Position numbers and translations under genes: made by a program. Under the pieces are notes generated by a model that was not told the DNA's origin, searched no databases, and saw only the letters and a list, made by a program, of their open reading frames with translations. A stretch of DNA of 64,000 bases. Source: Macrostomum lignano (lineage: Eukaryota). The stretch is taken from contig NIVC01000750.1 in NCBI GenBank assembly GCA_002269645.1, positions 1 through 64,000 on the forward strand, written 5' to 3'. Positions 46,901 to 64,000 of the stretch are shown in pieces. The stretch's first letter is position 1. Every line of letters begins with the position of its first letter.

Positions 46901-48449
46901 GTGAACCCGCGCCATCTAGGAGGCGTTGCTCACCAATTGCAAATAGAGTCTGTCTTGTATCCTACTGAAATGTAAATAAGCCACATTCGGTATGAAAGAT
47001 TCTGATTTACTCTAGCTAGAGTGCATGTGTGTGTGGACAGATTCAGGTCGACATTTGAGTGACTGCTCATGGAAACTTACCCGAAAATTTGAAATATTGA
47101 AAACTTTCGGCCTGATGTAGCCAATTACTGCTACTACTGTTAGCAAGTGTGCCTTTTATATGAGTTCACAATGTCAGTTGACTACACTATAAAGTTTTTT
47201 TTCATTTCTGTATGCACATCGCCATATCGAATTTCGAACGAAAATTCTACGATAACAAACACTGAATGAGGATTACGGTTGTAAAATAAAAAAAGATGAC
47301 TTAGACTTTGCGTATGTCAGAGTTAGTCTACTGATGAGTAGAAAGTATAGAGTGTGGCGCAAAACTTGCCAATGGGTGAACTCTCTTTTGCCAGCCCATT
47401 AGGTCGGATCATTTTCACAGGCTCGAAGTTTCACATCGTCGAAAACTAAAATTGTCGGTCACTTTCACAGGCTCGAAGTTTCACATCGTCGAAAACTAAA
47501 ACTGTCGGTCACTTTCACAGGCTCGAAGTTTCACATCGTCGAAAACTAAAACTGTCGGTCACTTTCACAGGCTCGAAGTTTCACATCGTCGAAAACTAAA
47601 ACTGTCGGTCACTTTCACAGGCTCGAAGTTTCACATCGTCGAAAACTAAAACTGTCGGTCACTTTCACAGGCTCGAAGTTTCACATCGTCGAAAACTAAA
47701 ACTGTCGGTCACTTTCACAGGCTCGAAGTTTCACATCGTCGAAAACTAAAACTGTCGGTCACTTTCACAGGCTCGAAGTTTCACATCGTCGAAAACTAAA
47801 ACTGTCGGTCACTTTCACAGGCTCGAAGTTTCACATCGTCGAAAACTAAAACTGTCGGTCACTTTCACAGGCTCGAAGTTTCACATCGTCGAAAACTAAA
47901 ACTGTCGGTCACTTTCACAGGCTCGAAGTTTCACATCGTCGAAAACTAAAACTGTCGGTCACTTTCACAGGCTCGAAGTTTCACATCGTCGAAAACTAAA
48001 ACTGTCGGTCACTTTCACAGGCTCAAAGTTTCGCATCGTCGAAAACTAAAACTGTCGGTCACTTTCACAGGCTCGAAGTTTCACATTGTCGAAAACTAAA
48101 AATGTCGGTCACTGTCACTCACTAACTAGCCTTTTTAACGATGTGAAATTTCGAGCTTGTGAAACGTCTTCACGATCGAAGTCTGCAGGGACAGAAACCG
48201 GTCCTGATAGTATCGCCTGCGATCGATTCCACTTTAATTACAATACGTTAATTACCGCTATATTGTCTATCTATCCCTTCTTGCCTGCCAACACAGGTGC
48301 GTATTGTTGCTGACGAGTTTCGCGGCGCCCGCACCCTGGCCCAGCATCGCATGGTGAAGGCCGCCCTGGCCAAATTCATTCCCGACATGCACGGCCTGTC
48401 CATTGACACAGAGGCTCCGCCAGCTGCCGATGGTGCACCATCAAAATGA
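43947..48449 (+). CDS. BOLA3: BolA-like protein 3 with mitochondrial presequence-like N-terminus; join(43947..44282,48297..48449), alternative ATG at 43977
   Basis: GEKQIESALRTAFP..VEDVSGGCGQMYQ | VRIVADEFRGARTLAQHRMVKAALAKFIPDMHGLSIDT carries the SGGCG, QH and HGL motifs of BOLA3. The junction is phase 0 GT-AG. Confidence 0.92.
44367..44680 (-). mobile_element. SINE family 1 copy in the BOLA3 intron
   Basis: Reverse complement of 37880-38220, including the tRNA-like head. Confidence 0.88.
45031..45801 (+). CDS. Intronless, probably secreted PAN/apple plus C-type lectin domain protein (256 aa), nested in the BOLA3 intron
   Basis: Hydrophobic N-terminus; PAN-like CSMLCARDRRCQAFS..CQLF; CTLD CPSGY..W..SRQLC..WLGG..WIW..WAAGEPNN..LNDCG..LCEC with an EPN motif. 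Confidence 0.85.
   Translation: MLSRSTFKYAVLLYYIIVAQYALCNQQCRLSYSFKEIDGFLCIRRKFVRTIDTCTNHAGCSMLCARDRRCQAFSLADGPCQLFVFDKCSKSVRDCGCSRRGRVFVKQQPGLEAGALCPSGYGDDLCGVKYKLHSSKLMDWMKSRQLCESESGLVIMTDVMNIAEMNHVDLLHENYSVGRSFWLGGWQIPDSPEPAGGWIWVSCNIALNSALWAAGEPNNNLWVENSVCRYKSSTMLNDCGGAAKLSVLCECVSPFD
47413..48110. repeat. 50-bp near-perfect tandem array (about 14 copies), with one inverted partial copy at 48138-48164
   Basis: tttcacaggctcgaagtttcacatcgtcgaaaactaaaactgtcggtcac, period 50. Confidence 0.97.
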
Positions 48450-49394
48450 CCCCGTGGCTTGCTGCTAGACTTTTGATTTAATTTAACGTTAAACTTTAGC
48501 ATATAGCAACCATGAAAATTTCAATTATGCATGACTTCGCATGCTCGAACTGCACTACTTAGTGCCGTGCTTGATTAGTAGCAGCTAAAGATGTTTTTTT
48601 AATAAACAACAAAGTTGCTGAGATCGTTAAGATCTGATAAATAAGTCTAATCGAACATCTATGCCTTTGTTTCAATGGCCAATTGGTAATGTATTGCACT
48701 TATTTATTTATAGCTATGCAAATAAGGGTAATTTATAAGCAAATTTAATATTTTATACTTAGATTTATCGTAATAGTCATTAGAAAAATTGAGGTTTTTT
48801 TATTACAGGAATATCTGTTTTATAAAAAATCTAAATAGATGGCTCTAGAAAGTTTTAAAGGGCTTTAATTTAAGCATGTACAGTATAATGTGTCATAGGC
48901 ATATAGAAAGGCATCAAAAACAGACTACAAGCAAAGAAAAGTGATTAAATTAACTTAAGCAAGAGCTCCTATACATGCATTTATAACGTGTCGAATTTAT
49001 TGTACTGAAGCGTAGGTGTTGAAGCCTTTGAATGTCGTAATGTGTGCGTTTTAAAACAAATAGACTATAACTAATAAAGTTAAATGTTAGATTAGCTACT
49101 TCTAGTAATTTCATCATGCTAAAAGTATTATTTATTCCGAACCCAAAATAGCGGTGTGTTAGTAATTCAAGGAACCAAACATTTTACATGCATTAGCGAT
49201 TGCCCATCTCCACCCTGCAACACCCTCCCTCACAGCACCCACCACCCCATAGAAGTCAGTATCTCGCTCCCACCGGTCTCGGTCTCGCAACCACCACCAC
49301 CCCTCACCCACACATACTAGGATAACTAGAATAGTTACTAGAATATACTAGCTCGTATATATAATAGATACTAGAATAAATATTCTAGTATGTG

Positions 49395-49885
49395 TGTTTC
49401 ACCCGCACCCACTACTACCTCATAGAGGTCAGTCTCGCACCCACCACTCCTCAAACAAGCACCCACCACCCATAAAAGTCAGTCTTGCACCCACCACCCC
49501 TCATACAAGCGCCCACCACCCCATAAAAGTCAGTCTTGCACCCACCACCCCTCACACAAGCGCCCACCACCCCATAAAAGTCAGTCTTGCACCCACCACC
49601 CCTCATACAAGCGCCCACCACCCCATAAAAGTCAGTCTTGCACCCACCACCCCTCACACAAGCGCCCACCACCCCATAAAAGTCAGTCTTGCACCCAACA
49701 CCCCTCACACAAGCGCCCACCACCCCATAAAAGTCAGTCTTGCACCCAACACCCCTCACACAACGCCAACCACCCCATAAAAGTCAGTCTCGCACCCACC
49801 ACTCCTCAAACAAGCACCCACCACCCCATAAAAGTCAGTCTTGCACCCACCACCCCTCACACAAGCACCCACCACCCTATAGAAG
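49395..49885. repeat. 51-bp C-rich minisatellite
   Basis: Period of 51 (49506, 49557), seen as a 17-aa repeat in the ORF track. Confidence 0.93.
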
Positions 49886-50027
49886 TAGTCTCGCACTGGC
49901 CACCCTTACCCACCACTGCTGCTTACTCAGCAACCGGATTATACGGTAGAAGTTATCCTTCTAAGATTAGGTAATCTTATCAGTGTTACGGTCGTACGAG
50001 CGTATTTATATTTAAATCAGTAAAGTT

Positions 50028-63653
<13,626 letters not shown>

Positions 63654-64000
63654 CTGTGTGAGAGGATGGGCGATCGATTGGGGTGACAGAAATTGAAGAG
63701 TAGTCAGACAAGTTGAATGTTGAGTTAGTCAGGCGTTGAGATAGTCAGGCGCTGAGATAGTCAGGCGTCGAGATAGTCAGGCGCTGAGTTAGTCAAGCGT
63801 TAGGATACGCCGTAGTCAAGCGTTGAGATTAGTCATTGACCTTGGCTGCTGCTTGTACGGATAGTCTTGCTAAATCGAACGCGCGCTCTGACGTGACGCT
63901 CTTTCTCCAGGCTTCGTACAAAAGGCGCATTTATATGGCTGCTTCGTGTTTTTCTACTCTACCGCATTTTAACCCTTTAACCCTTTTAGCATCATTTCCG

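Overview
Eukaryotic (animal) genomic DNA with GT-AG introns, GC-rich exons and introns packed with mini- and microsatellites. The style resembles a free-living flatworm such as Macrostomum, but that is an inference. Seven genes can be assembled exon by exon with phase-consistent splice sites: a PI-PLC X-domain gene (+); a minus-strand trio of YIPF1/2, a SelU/MnmH-like tRNA 2-selenouridine synthase and KAT8/MOF; and a plus-strand trio of NEDD1, C12orf4/FERRY3 and BOLA3. An intronless PAN/C-type lectin gene is nested in the BOLA3 intron, and an unidentified multi-exon gene lies on the minus strand at about 50.0-63.7 kb and beyond. The two trios diverge from an AT-rich, transposon-filled island of about 14.6 kb that holds a degenerate Ty3/gypsy element. 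Other elements are a hAT-type MITE with an 8-bp TSD, two tRNA-derived SINE families, many tandem arrays, and a perfect 9 x 272-bp array inside a (CTAT)n microsatellite. The most striking observation is a full-length, spliced homologue of a bacterial-type tRNA wobble-modifying enzyme (SelU/MnmH) with a putative mitochondrial presequence in an animal genome. No CRISPR, rRNA or bona fide tRNA gene is supported. All family calls come from motif recognition by eye, not database searches.
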